From positions 21,768 through 85,767 of the forward strand of contig JBKJUC010000162.1 in the NCBI GenBank assembly GCA_046590325.1: a stretch of 64,000 nt of DNA, in the 5' to 3' direction. Every line of letters begins with the position of its first letter. Position 1 is the stretch's first letter. The stretch comes from Burkholderiales bacterium. Its GTDB lineage: Bacteria > Pseudomonadota > Gammaproteobacteria > Burkholderiales > JACQAP01. A program made the position numbers and the translations under genes. Below are positions 44,784 to 54,469 of this stretch, piece by piece. Under the pieces are notes generated by a model. The model ran no database searches and was not told the DNA's origin. It saw nothing but the letters and a program-made list of their open reading frames with translations.

Positions 44784-46697
44784 ATGTTTGAATTCGTCAA
44801 TAAAAATAAGCGCTGGATGCAGGCCGCCCTGCTGGTCGTCATCGTGCCGTCCTTCGCGCTGTTCGGAATCGACGCCTACTTCAATAACAGCGGTACCGGC
44901 GGCGCGGTCGCCAAGGTCGGCAATTCCAGCATCTCCGAGCTGGAGTACACGCAGGCGTTGCGCCAGCAGCAGGAGAAAATGCGCGAAATGATGCGCAACA
45001 ATCCCGACCCGTCGGCGCTGAACAGCCCGCAGTTCAAGGAATCGGTGCTGAACGAACTGGTCGAACGCAGAGTGGCGCTGAACCACGCCCGCAGATCCGG
45101 GATGGCGGTTTCGGCGCCGGACCTGCAGAAGATCATTACCCAGTTTGAGGTATTCCGCGACGCTTCCGGGCGCTTCTCAGTGGACCGCTATCGGCAGATG
45201 CTGAAAAGTCAGGGCATGTCCGAGAAAGCGTTCGAGGAAGACATCAGTAACGGCGTGATGCTGGGGCAGGTGCAGAACGTTTACTCTGGTTCGGGTTTTC
45301 TGCCCGATTCCGTCGTCGAGCGGTTGCTGAGAATCCGCGAGCAGGAACGTGAGGTCAGTCAGATCGTGTTCAGTCCTGCGGACTATCTCAGGCAGGTGAA
45401 AATTTCTGCAGCCGACGTGGAGAAGTATTACGGCGACCACAAGAGCGAGTTCCAGATTCCGGAGCGCGTGAAAATAGAATTCGTGCTGCTGTCCATGGAT
45501 GCCGCAGAACGCTCAGTGCAATTGACCGATGAAGAACTGAAGAAGATTTACGAAGAGAGCAAGGAAGCGCGCTTTGCGACGCCGGAAGAACGTCACGCCA
45601 GCCATATCCTGATTGCAGCGCCGGCGACCGCCAGCGCCGCCGACAAAGCGAAAGCCAAAGTCCTGGTCGAAGACCTTTACAAGCAGGTCAAGGCCGACCC
45701 GGCCAAATTCGGTGAGCTGGCGCGCAAGCATTCCCAGGATCCGGGATCGGCGGAAAAGGGCGGCGAACTCGGCAGCTTCGGACGTGGCCTCATGGTCAAG
45801 CCGTTCGACGCCGCCGTGTTCTCCATGAAGAAAGGCGACATTGCCGCCCCGATAGAGACCCAGTACGGCTACCACATCATCCGTCTGGACGGCATCACGG
45901 GCGGACAGGTGACGCCGTTCGAGAAGGTCAAGGCCCAGATCGCCGACGAGGCGCGCAAGGCGAAGGCGGGCAAGGCCTACTCCGAAGCGGCGGAGAAGTT
46001 CAACGACATGGTCTATGAGCAGTTCGATAGCCTGCAGCCGGCGGCGGATGCGTTCAAGCTGGCCGTGCAGAAGAGCGATTGGGTCAGCCGCGCGGGTGGC
46101 AATATGAATCCGCTGCTGAACAACGAAAAGCTGATGGCGGCCCTGTTCTCCGACGAAGTCCTGAAGAACAAGCACAATACCGCCGCGATCGAAGTGCAGC
46201 CCAACACGCTTTTGGCTGCCCGCGTGACCGAACATCAGCCGGCCGCACCCTTGCCCATCGATGAAGTGCGCGAGGATATTCAGCGCTATCTGGAAGGCGA
46301 AACCGCCATGAAGCAGGCCGAAACCGGTGGCAAGGCTGCCCTCGAGAGCCTGCTGAAGGGCCAGGAACCGAGTTCGAAACTGGCCTGGTCGACACCGCAA
46401 AACGTGTCGCTGCAAAAGCGCCAGGGATTGCATGCGGAAGGCGCCAAGGCCGTATTCGGTGCCGATACGGCCAAGTTGCCGGTGTATGTGGGGGTGCCGG
46501 CACCCCAGGGAAAATTCGTCGTCTATCGCATCAGCAAGGTCAAGGATGTGACGCAGATCGACCCGGCGCAGAAAAAAGCGTTGGCCAAGCAATTGGGCCA
46601 AATGGCGGGGCAGGAACAGTACCAGGCTTACATTGCCAGCCTGCGCGAACAGGCTAACGTGAAGATCGACAAGAAAAAGCTCGATCAGGGTTCCTGA
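44784..46697 (+). CDS. ppiD: periplasmic peptidyl-prolyl isomerase PpiD (SurA-N plus parvulin domain), N-terminally anchored
   Basis: Start MFEFVNKNKRWMQAALLVVIVPSFALFGI (TM anchor). Parvulin segment ASHILI...GGELGSFGRGLMVKPFD...GYHIIRL. Conserved position after hupB and the tRNAs. Confidence 0.85.
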   Translation: MFEFVNKNKRWMQAALLVVIVPSFALFGIDAYFNNSGTGGAVAKVGNSSISELEYTQALRQQQEKMREMMRNNPDPSALNSPQFKESVLNELVERRVALNHARRSGMAVSAPDLQKIITQFEVFRDASGRFSVDRYRQMLKSQGMSEKAFEEDISNGVMLGQVQNVYSGSGFLPDSVVERLLRIREQEREVSQIVFSPADYLRQVKISAADVEKYYGDHKSEFQIPERVKIEFVLLSMDAAERSVQLTDEELKKIYEESKEARFATPEERHASHILIAAPATASAADKAKAKVLVEDLYKQVKADPAKFGELARKHSQDPGSAEKGGELGSFGRGLMVKPFDAAVFSMKKGDIAAPIETQYGYHIIRLDGITGGQVTPFEKVKAQIADEARKAKAGKAYSEAAEKFNDMVYEQFDSLQPAADAFKLAVQKSDWVSRAGGNMNPLLNNEKLMAALFSDEVLKNKHNTAAIEVQPNTLLAARVTEHQPAAPLPIDEVREDIQRYLEGETAMKQAETGGKAALESLLKGQEPSSKLAWSTPQNVSLQKRQGLHAEGAKAVFGADTAKLPVYVGVPAPQGKFVVYRISKVKDVTQIDPAQKKALAKQLGQMAGQEQYQAYIASLREQANVKIDKKKLDQGS

Positions 46698-46715
46698 TCC
46701 GGTTGCACATAAGCA

Positions 46716-46755
46716 AAAGCCCGCAGGGAGCTTCCTGCGGGCTTTCTTGTTTTCG
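46716..46755. terminator. hairpin terminator between convergent ppiD and fabI
   Basis: Stem AAAGCCCGCAGG/CCTGCGGGCTTT with a 6-nt loop. T-rich on the plus side and A-rich on the minus side, which is compatible with bidirectional use. Confidence 0.75.
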
Positions 46756-46801
46756 CGCCTGCGCTTTTGCCTGCCTGGTTCCGGGCCTATTCGTTCCGGG
46801 C

Positions 46802-47587
46802 TTACTCGATCTGACCGATACCCGTCACGTTAAATCCAGCATCAACATAGGTAATCTCGCCGGTCATGCCGCTCGCCAGATCGCTGCACATGAAAGCCGC
46901 CACGTTGCCGACTTCCTCGATGGTGACATTGCGCCGCAGGGGCGACTGCCGTTCCGCGAAGGAGAGCAACTTGCCAAAGTTGCCTATGCCTGCGGCCGCC
47001 AAAGTTTTTATGGGACCTGCGGAAATCGCATTGACGCGGATGCCCCTCGGGCCCAGGCTCTGCGCCATGTAGCGCACGTTCGCCTCGAGGCTGGCCTTGG
47101 CCAGCCCCATCACGTTGTAGCTGGGAAAAGACCTTTCCGCGCCCAGGTAGGTCAGGGTAAGCAGGGCCGCATTGCGCCCCTGCATCATGGGCAAGCCTGC
47201 CTTGGCCAGAGCGGCAAAGCTGTATGAGCTGATGTCGTGGGAAATGCGGAATGCCTCGCGGGTGACCGAATCCAGGTAGTCGCCGGCCAGGGCTTCGCGC
47301 GGCGCGAATGCGATCGAATGGATGATGCCGTCGAGACCGTCCCAATGCTTGCCCAGTCCGGCGAACAAGGCGTCGATTTCCGCATCGACGCCGACGTCGC
47401 AGGGAAGCACCAGCCGGCTGCCGAATTCGCCAGCAAGTTCCTCTACGCGCTCCCTGATGCGATCGCCCTGGTAGCTGAAAGCGAGTTGCGCGCCTTCCCG
47501 CTTCATTGCCTTGGCAATGCCGTAGGCAATGGAGCGGCTGCTCAGCAGGCCGGTGATCAGGATCTTCTTGTTGTCGAGAAAGCCCAT
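46802..47587 (-). CDS. fabI: enoyl-[acyl-carrier-protein] reductase (NADH) FabI
   Basis: 261 aa. [27 protein letters not shown] and [13 protein letters not shown] (Tyr-x6-Lys) are typical of FabI. Confidence 0.93.
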   Translation of the reverse strand: MGFLDNKKILITGLLSSRSIAYGIAKAMKREGAQLAFSYQGDRIRERVEELAGEFGSRLVLPCDVGVDAEIDALFAGLGKHWDGLDGIIHSIAFAPREALAGDYLDSVTREAFRISHDISSYSFAALAKAGLPMMQGRNAALLTLTYLGAERSFPSYNVMGLAKASLEANVRYMAQSLGPRGIRVNAISAGPIKTLAAAGIGNFGKLLSFAERQSPLRRNVTIEEVGNVAAFMCSDLASGMTGEITYVDAGFNVTGIGQIE

Positions 47588-47688
47588 GACAGTCCTCGCG
47601 TCGCGAAAGGCGACATTATAGCCGTGCGCAATGTGTCGACGCGTCCGGGCCTGCGGCCCACGCCGTGCCGCAACGCCGCAGCGGAGAC

Positions 47689-47716
47689 GTAAACCCGGTG
47701 CGGTAAACCCGGTGCG
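47689..47716. repeat. perfect tandem direct repeat, 14 nt x 2
   Basis: GTAAACCCGGTGCG GTAAACCCGGTGCG, located 25 nt upstream of the ABC substrate-binding protein start. Confidence 0.9.
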
Positions 47717-47740
47717 GCGATTCGGCTACACTTGCCCGGA

Positions 47741-49912
47741 ATGAAAGGGCTGAAAACAAGACTCGTGGCGTTGATGCTTCCGGTTGTAGTCGGGGCCTGC
47801 GGCGGACCATGGAACAATCCCTATCCCGCCCGGGAAAGCGGCGAGAACATCCTTTACTCGGCATTTACTGAACGGCCGAAGCACCTTGATCCGGTGCAGT
47901 CTTACGCCGAGAACGAAGCGGTATTCACCGCCCAGATTTATACGCCGCCGCTCCAGTATCACTACCTCAAGCGCCCGTATGAACTCGTTCCCCTTGCCGC
48001 AACGGAGGTTCCGCATCCCGTCTACCATGACGCAGCCGGCCGCCGGTTGCCGGACAGCGCGCCGGCGGAGCGTGTCGCCTACAGCATCTATGAAGTCCAC
48101 GTGCGGCCGGGCGTGCTCTACCAGCCACATCCGGCATTCGCGAAAGATGAAAACGGGCGTTATCGTTACCACAACCTGAAGCCTGATGATCTGAAGCAGG
48201 TCTACGAGTTGCGCGACTTCAAACACACCGGCACGAGGGAACTGGTCGCGGATGATTTCGCGTTCGAGATCCGCCGGCTCGCCCATCCCCGCCTGCATTC
48301 GCCGATCTTCGGCCTGATGGGCGAATACATCGTCGGCCTGAAGGACTATGCGGCGAAGCTTCAGGAGGCGGCGAAAAATCTGCCTGCCGACGGCTACCTC
48401 GACCTGAGCAGCGTTCCGTTCGAGGGCGTGGAAGTCGTCGACAGCCATACCTACCGGATCAAGGTGAAAGGCAAGTATCCGCAGTTCGTCTACTGGCTGG
48501 CTATGCCGTTTTTCGCGCCGGTGCCGTGGGAGGCGGAGCGCTTCTATTCGCAGCCTGGCATGACCGACGGCAAGAATCTTTCGCTCGACTGGTATCCGGT
48601 CGGAACCGGCCCATACATGCTGACCTTGCATGACCCGAACCGGATGATGGTTCTGGAGCGCAATCCGAACTTCGCCAGTGAGCCTTATCCTTCCGAGGGC
48701 GAACCGGGCGACGCGCAGGCGGGATTGCTCCAGGACGCAGGCAAGCCGATGCCCTTCATCGACAAGGTGGTGTTCAGCCTGGAGAAGGAAAGCATTCCCT
48801 ACTGGAACAAATTCCTGCAAGGCTACTACGATGCATCGGGCATAACTTCCGATGCGTTCGACCAGACCGTCCAGATGAACGCGGGCGGAGATGTGGTCCT
48901 GACGGACAGCATGCGCGAGCAGGACATCCAGTTGCAGACGTCGGTCGCGACTTCAATCATGTACATGGGATTCAATATGCTCGATCCGGTAGTTGGCGGT
49001 GAGTCGGAGCGCGCCCGCAAGCTGCGCCAGGCCATCTCCATCGCCCTGGACCAGGAAGAGTATGTGTCCATATTTACCAACGGGCGCGGCATCCCCGGAC
49101 AGGGGCCGATTCCCCCGGAAATTTTTGGGTATCGTGAAGGCGGGGAGGGAATCAATCGCTACTTGTACGACTGGGTGAATGGTGAGCCCAAGCGCAAGTC
49201 CGTTGACTATGCGAAGAAGCTGCTCGCGGAGGCCGGCTATCGGGATGGCATCGACAAAGTGAACGGCAAACCGCTGATCATCTATTTCGACACCACGGCG
49301 AGCGGCGTGGGAGGGAAGTCCCGCATCGACTGGCTGACCAAGCAATTCCAGAAGATAGACCTGCAGCTGGTGGTGCGCAGCAGCGACTTCAACCGCTTCC
49401 AGGACAAGGTTCGCAAGGGAACGGCGCAGTTGTTCTTCTTCGGCTGGAATGCGGATTATCCCGACCCCGAGAATTTCCTGTTCCTGTTCCATGGACCGCA
49501 GAGCCGCACGCTGAAAAACGGGGAGAATGCCGCGAACTACCAGAATCCCCATTACGATCGCTTGTTCGAGCGGATGCAAGTCATGGATAACGGCCCGGAA
49601 AGGCAGGCGCTGATCGACCAGATGGTGGAAATCCTCCGCCACGACGCACCGTGGATCTATGTGTTTCATCCCAAGGATTTCACCCTCGCGCACTCGTGGG
49701 TGTACAACCGCAAGCCGAACAAGATGGCGAACAACGGACTCAAGTATCAGCGCATCGATCCGCAGGCCCGGGAGAAGATGCGGGCGGCCTGGAATCATCC
49801 GGTGCTCTGGCCGGTCGCGGTGCTGGTAGTGATTCTCGTCCTGGCGGCGGCGCCGGCTGTGGCCTCGTACCACAGGCGCGAGCGCGCCCGAGGCAGGCTG
49901 GCAGCGGCATGA
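47741..49912 (+). CDS. ABC transporter substrate-binding protein, family 5 (peptide/nickel/opine type), lipoprotein with extra C-terminal TM helix
   Basis: Start MKGLKTRLVALMLPVVVGAC (lipobox). The SBP_bac_5-like core is about 650 aa. It ends with the hydrophobic helix VLWPVAVLVVILVLAAAPAVA followed by basic residues. Confidence 0.8.
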   Translation: MKGLKTRLVALMLPVVVGACGGPWNNPYPARESGENILYSAFTERPKHLDPVQSYAENEAVFTAQIYTPPLQYHYLKRPYELVPLAATEVPHPVYHDAAGRRLPDSAPAERVAYSIYEVHVRPGVLYQPHPAFAKDENGRYRYHNLKPDDLKQVYELRDFKHTGTRELVADDFAFEIRRLAHPRLHSPIFGLMGEYIVGLKDYAAKLQEAAKNLPADGYLDLSSVPFEGVEVVDSHTYRIKVKGKYPQFVYWLAMPFFAPVPWEAERFYSQPGMTDGKNLSLDWYPVGTGPYMLTLHDPNRMMVLERNPNFASEPYPSEGEPGDAQAGLLQDAGKPMPFIDKVVFSLEKESIPYWNKFLQGYYDASGITSDAFDQTVQMNAGGDVVLTDSMREQDIQLQTSVATSIMYMGFNMLDPVVGGESERARKLRQAISIALDQEEYVSIFTNGRGIPGQGPIPPEIFGYREGGEGINRYLYDWVNGEPKRKSVDYAKKLLAEAGYRDGIDKVNGKPLIIYFDTTASGVGGKSRIDWLTKQFQKIDLQLVVRSSDFNRFQDKVRKGTAQLFFFGWNADYPDPENFLFLFHGPQSRTLKNGENAANYQNPHYDRLFERMQVMDNGPERQALIDQMVEILRHDAPWIYVFHPKDFTLAHSWVYNRKPNKMANNGLKYQRIDPQAREKMRAAWNHPVLWPVAVLVVILVLAAAPAVASYHRRERARGRLAAA

Positions 49913-49922
49913 GGGGGCGCCA

Positions 49923-50900
49923 ATGATCCAATACCTTGTCCGCCGCATCCTCTACGCCATCCCGATCCTGATCGGCGTGAACCTGCTCACGTTCCTCTTG
50001 TTCTTCGTGGTGAATGCACCCGACGACATGGCGCGCATGCAACTGGGCCAGAAGCGCGTCACCGACGAAGCGGTGCAGAAGTGGAAGCAGGAGCGCGGCT
50101 ACGACAAGCCGCTGTTCTACAATCCGTCGGCGCAAGGCGCGGATAAGGTCACCAGTACGATTTTCTACGCCAAATCCGTGCCGTTGTTCTGGTTCGATTT
50201 CGGCCACGCCGAGGACGGCCGCGATATCGCCCATGAAATCCGCGCGCGCATGGGACCGAGCCTCGCCATTGCCCTGCCGGTTTTCGTGGCAGGAATGCTC
50301 GCCTATATCACGTTCGCGCTTCTGATGGCCTTGTTCAGAGGGACCTACATCGACACCGCGGGTGTCCTGCTGTGCGTCCTGGCGATGTCCATTTCCGGGC
50401 TGTTCTACATCATTGGCGGCCAGTTCGTGGTCAGCAAGCTCTGGAATCTGGTGCCGATATCGGGTTACGCCGACGGCCTGAGCGCCTGGAAATTTCTGCT
50501 GCTTCCGGCGCTGATAGGCATCATTGGCGGCGTAGGTGCCAGCACCCGGTGGTATCGCACCATTTTCCTGGAAGAGATCAACCGGGACTATGTGCGTACC
50601 GCACGCGCCAAGGGCCTATCGGAAATGCGCGTGCTGTTCAGCCACGTGCTGCGCAATGCGATGATCCCGATCCTGACCGGCGCGGTGGTGGTGATTCCCC
50701 TGTTGTTTCTGGGCAGCCTGATCACCGAGTCATTCTTTGCCATCCCGGGCCTTGGAAGCTATACGATTGATGCCATCAACAATCAGGACTTTGCCGTGGT
50801 CCGCGCCATGGTGTTCCTGGGGTCGGTGCTTTATATCGTCGGACTGATCCTGACCGACATTTCCTACACGCTGGCGGATCCCAGGATACGGTTGCAATGA
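49923..50900 (+). CDS. ABC transporter permease (DppB/YejB-like)
   Basis: 325 aa. MIQYLVRRILYAIPILIGVNLLTFLLF. EAA-like loop DYVRTARAKGLSEMRVLFSHVLRNA. Confidence 0.85.
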   Translation: MIQYLVRRILYAIPILIGVNLLTFLLFFVVNAPDDMARMQLGQKRVTDEAVQKWKQERGYDKPLFYNPSAQGADKVTSTIFYAKSVPLFWFDFGHAEDGRDIAHEIRARMGPSLAIALPVFVAGMLAYITFALLMALFRGTYIDTAGVLLCVLAMSISGLFYIIGGQFVVSKLWNLVPISGYADGLSAWKFLLLPALIGIIGGVGASTRWYRTIFLEEINRDYVRTARAKGLSEMRVLFSHVLRNAMIPILTGAVVVIPLLFLGSLITESFFAIPGLGSYTIDAINNQDFAVVRAMVFLGSVLYIVGLILTDISYTLADPRIRLQ

Positions 50901-52360
50901 ACATGCCGTTCAAGCCTGTCCTGCTTTCGACCGACGCGCTGATCTTTCTTCTGGTCGCCGTGATCCTGTTCTTCGTCTGGTACATCCGCCGGCACGAGCA
51001 CCTGCGCGCGCCCTGGAAAAAAGTTGCCCGCGACCGCAGGGGCATGGTGGCTGCGGTGGTCCTCGCAGGCTTTGTGATCGTCGGTCTGCTGGACTCGATG
51101 CATTTTCGCCCGCGCCTGGCCGCCGATACTTCGGGCAGGGCCGGCTATGCAATAGACGTTACCTCCGTCCTCGACGTTGCACTCGCTCCGCTGAGAACCC
51201 GCAGCGAAAAGACTTATTCGGCGCCGCTGGCAACCCATCTTTTTGCCAAGGAAACCGTCCAGCTTCCGGATGGAACCCAGGCCCGGGTATTCCCCCGGCT
51301 GGTTCACGGTGGCAGGCATCTCGCCAATCCCGACACTGACCGGGCCGGCGACATTACACGGCGCGTGATCACCGGTGTTGCCATCGCCGTGCTGGCCTGG
51401 AATACGCTGCTCCTTATTGCCGTCGCTGGCCTGGCGCACCGGGAACAGGTAAGAATGCAGGAAACCTGGCGCCGCCTATGGCACGGAGAAACGGAAACGC
51501 CCTGGCGGGAGATGCTGGTCACGATCGGTTTGCTTCTGACGGTGTTTGTGCCCATTGCAATTCTGGCGGCGAAGTACCACGTCCTCGGCACCGACAAGGT
51601 CGGCCAGGATGTGCTTTATCTATCTTTGAAAAGCATCCGCACCGGCCTGGTTATTGGCACGTTGACCACGCTGGTGATGCTGCCGTTCGCTTTGCTGCTG
51701 GGCATCATGGCGGGTTACGTCAGGGGATGGGTGGACGACGTCATCCAGTACGTCTATACGACTCTTAACTCGATCCCCGGCGTGCTGCTGATCGCAGCTT
51801 CAGTGCTTATGACCCAGGCGTACATGGACAGCCACCCGGAGCTGTTCGAAACCGTTCAGCAGCGTGCCGATCTGCGGTTGCTGTTCCTGTGTCTGATACT
51901 GGGCGTGACCAGTTGGACGGGGTTGTGCAGGCTGCTGCGCGGCGAGTCCATGAAACTGCGTGAACTGGAATACGTGCAGGCTGCAAGGGCGTTCGGTGTT
52001 GCCCATTTCCGCATCATGACGCGCCACATCCTGCCGAATGTCATGCATATCGTGCTGATCGCGGTCGTCATGGACTTCAGCGGCCTGGTACTCGCCGAGG
52101 CGGTCTTGTCGTATGTCGGCGTCGGCGTCGATCCAACCATGAACAGTTTCGGCACGATGATCAATGCCGCCCGACTGGAGATGGCGCGGGAGCCGATGGT
52201 GTGGTGGTCACTGGCCGCCGCCTTTGGTTTCATGCTCATGCTGGTGCTGTCGGCGAACCTGTTTGCCGATGCGGTGCGGGATGCCTTCGATCCGCGCATA
52301 CGCGGCCGCATGGCGTCGTCGGCGTTCCTCTCCAAGTATCTTCGCGCGGCTCGGAGCTGA
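50897..52360 (+). CDS. ABC transporter permease (DppC/YejE-like) with about 200-aa N-terminal extension
   Basis: 487 aa. ATGA overlap with the upstream permease. The C-terminal half has the BPD_transp_1 pattern (YVQAARAFGVAHFRIMTRHILPN). The N-terminal half adds extra TM helices and a loop. Confidence 0.8.
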   Translation: MNMPFKPVLLSTDALIFLLVAVILFFVWYIRRHEHLRAPWKKVARDRRGMVAAVVLAGFVIVGLLDSMHFRPRLAADTSGRAGYAIDVTSVLDVALAPLRTRSEKTYSAPLATHLFAKETVQLPDGTQARVFPRLVHGGRHLANPDTDRAGDITRRVITGVAIAVLAWNTLLLIAVAGLAHREQVRMQETWRRLWHGETETPWREMLVTIGLLLTVFVPIAILAAKYHVLGTDKVGQDVLYLSLKSIRTGLVIGTLTTLVMLPFALLLGIMAGYVRGWVDDVIQYVYTTLNSIPGVLLIAASVLMTQAYMDSHPELFETVQQRADLRLLFLCLILGVTSWTGLCRLLRGESMKLRELEYVQAARAFGVAHFRIMTRHILPNVMHIVLIAVVMDFSGLVLAEAVLSYVGVGVDPTMNSFGTMINAARLEMAREPMVWWSLAAAFGFMLMLVLSANLFADAVRDAFDPRIRGRMASSAFLSKYLRAARS

Positions 52361-52368
52361 CAGCGCTC

Positions 52369-54285
52369 ATGGGCAAGAAACTTCTGGAAGTCGATAACCT
52401 GCGCACCTGGGTGGAAGGAAGCGAAGGCGTGGTGCGCGCGGTCGACGGCCTGTCCTTCAGCGTGGATCGCGGCGAGACCTTCGTCCTGCTTGGCGAATCC
52501 GGTTGCGGCAAGTCGATGACGGCCCTGTCGATCGCGCGGCTGCTGCCGGACGCCGCCAGGGTTGTTTCGGGCACGGTGTGCCTGGACGGTCAGGACCTGC
52601 TGCAGTTGCCGGAATCGTCGATGCGTGACGTACGCGGTGGGCGCATCGGCATGATCTTTCAGGAGCCCGGCACCAGCCTCAATCCGGTGATGACCGTCGG
52701 CTCCCAGATTGCGGAAGTTCTGGCGCGGCACACCGCGTTGCGCGGCGATGCCATCGGCAGGAGGGTGATCGAACTGCTGGAGGCCGTCGGACTTCCTGAT
52801 CCGAAGAGCCGGGTGGACGAATACCCCTTCCAGCTTTCCGGCGGCATGAAGCAGCGGGTCATGATCGCGATCGCCATCGCCTGCGAGCCCGCGCTCCTGA
52901 TTGCCGACGAGCCCACTACAGCACTGGACGTGACCATCCAGGCGCAGGTTCTCGCATTGCTGCGGGAGCTGCAGGACCGCATGGGCATGTCGATTCTGCT
53001 GATCACCCACGACCTCGGAGTGGTCTCGGAGATGGCCCATCATGTCGCCGTGATGTACGCCGGCGAGATCGTGGAGACCGCACAGCGGGACGAGTTTTTC
53101 CGCAATCCCGCGCACCCTTATTCGCGCAAGCTTTTCGCTTCCCTGCCGAGCCGGCAGGCCAGGGACAAGTCCCTGGCGGTCATTCGCGGACGCGTTCCGT
53201 CACTCGCGCAGGAATTCCACGGCTGCCGCTTCACCGAGCGCTGCGATTACGCCTGGGAGCGTTGCCGCGAGGCAGCACCTGCATGGACTGTGATCGGACC
53301 GGAGCAAGGCGCGCGCTGTCACCTGTATGCGGAAGGGACGGGGGACGCCCGACTTCGCTGGATACCGGGCTTCGCCCATAAGGGGCGAGGGGAGAGGGAA
53401 CAGCCTGGTGAAGGTGCGAAGGAAATATTGAGCGGGGCAGTTCCCTGGTCCCTCGCCTCTGGTCTCTCGCCCCTCCTTGAGGTCAGCGACCTCAAGATCC
53501 ACTTCCCGATCCGCAAGGGAATCCTCAAGCGCGTGGTCGGCCATGTGAAAGCCGTGGACGGCGTCTCGCTCTCGGTGGCGGCCGGCCGCACGCTCGCCCT
53601 GGTGGGGGAATCCGGTTCGGGCAAGACCACGGTCGGCAAGGCCATCGTGCGGTTGTTGCCGCCGACCGAGGGTTGCGTACGCTTCGAGGGCATCGACCTT
53701 TCCGCGATCACATCTCGCGAATTGCGTGCGCGCCGGCGGGATTTCCAGGTGATTTTCCAGGATCCCTACAGCTCCCTGAACCCGCGCATGCGCGTTCTGG
53801 ACATTGTCGAAGAAGGGATGACGGCGCTCGGTGTCGGCGGCGACAGGCAGTCGCGGGCCGCCAGAGTCGATGCGGTCCTTGCACAGGTCGGCCTCGGTGT
53901 TGAAATGAAATACCGCTATCCGCATGAATTCTCGGGCGGCCAGCGCCAGCGCATCGCCATTGCCCGGGTGATTGCCGTGGAGCCGAAACTGATCGTCTGC
54001 GACGAGCCGACCAGCGCGCTGGATGTTTCGGTGCAGGCCCAGATCCTGAATCTGCTGCAGGACCTGCAACGGCGGCTCGGCATCGCCTACCTGTTCATCA
54101 CCCATAACATGTCGGTCGTGGAATTCCTGGCCCACGAAGTTGCGGTGATGTACCAGGGACGCATTGTCGAGCACGGCAGCGCGGACGAAGTCCTGGGCAA
54201 TCCCAGGCATTCCTATACGCAGGCATTGCTGTCCGCCGTTCCTGTTCTTGACGCGGCCACCGGCCGCGAAGTCCTCCGCCTCTAG
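52369..54285 (+). CDS. ABC transporter ATP-binding protein, duplicated ATPase (YejF/DppDF-fusion type)
   Basis: Start MGKKLLEVDNLRTW. Two Walker A sites (GESGCGKS, GESGSGKT) and two signature motifs (LSGGMKQR, FSGGQRQR). The inter-domain linker is unusually long. Confidence 0.88.
   Translation: MGKKLLEVDNLRTWVEGSEGVVRAVDGLSFSVDRGETFVLLGESGCGKSMTALSIARLLPDAARVVSGTVCLDGQDLLQLPESSMRDVRGGRIGMIFQEPGTSLNPVMTVGSQIAEVLARHTALRGDAIGRRVIELLEAVGLPDPKSRVDEYPFQLSGGMKQRVMIAIAIACEPALLIADEPTTALDVTIQAQVLALLRELQDRMGMSILLITHDLGVVSEMAHHVAVMYAGEIVETAQRDEFFRNPAHPYSRKLFASLPSRQARDKSLAVIRGRVPSLAQEFHGCRFTERCDYAWERCREAAPAWTVIGPEQGARCHLYAEGTGDARLRWIPGFAHKGRGEREQPGEGAKEILSGAVPWSLASGLSPLLEVSDLKIHFPIRKGILKRVVGHVKAVDGVSLSVAAGRTLALVGESGSGKTTVGKAIVRLLPPTEGCVRFEGIDLSAITSRELRARRRDFQVIFQDPYSSLNPRMRVLDIVEEGMTALGVGGDRQSRAARVDAVLAQVGLGVEMKYRYPHEFSGGQRQRIAIARVIAVEPKLIVCDEPTSALDVSVQAQILNLLQDLQRRLGIAYLFITHNMSVVEFLAHEVAVMYQGRIVEHGSADEVLGNPRHSYTQALLSAVPVLDAATGREVLRL
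53379..53478. repeat. imperfect palindromic element lying in frame inside the ATPase linker
   Basis: Left arm ATAAGGGGCGAGGGGAGAGGGAACAG. Right arm CAGTTCCCTGGTCCCTCGCCTCTGGTCTCTCGCCCCTCCTT. Purine-rich 9-nt-periodic arms like the intergenic elements. Encodes HKGRGEREQPGEGAKEILSGAVPWSLASGLSPLL. Confidence 0.6.
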
Positions 54286-54469
54286 GTTTCCGTAGTTTTC
54301 GCAACAGCGCATCCGCGCGCCTGTCGTGCTGGAATGTTGCGGCGCAACGGGTTATGTCGCGAACGCTGAGTCTGATATGTCCCCTGCGAGGATGCATCCC
54401 CGCACACCAGCCGCTACCATGTCTGGATAGCTGCGGAAGTCGCGCGATTGAAACTCCGGGAGGATGTGC

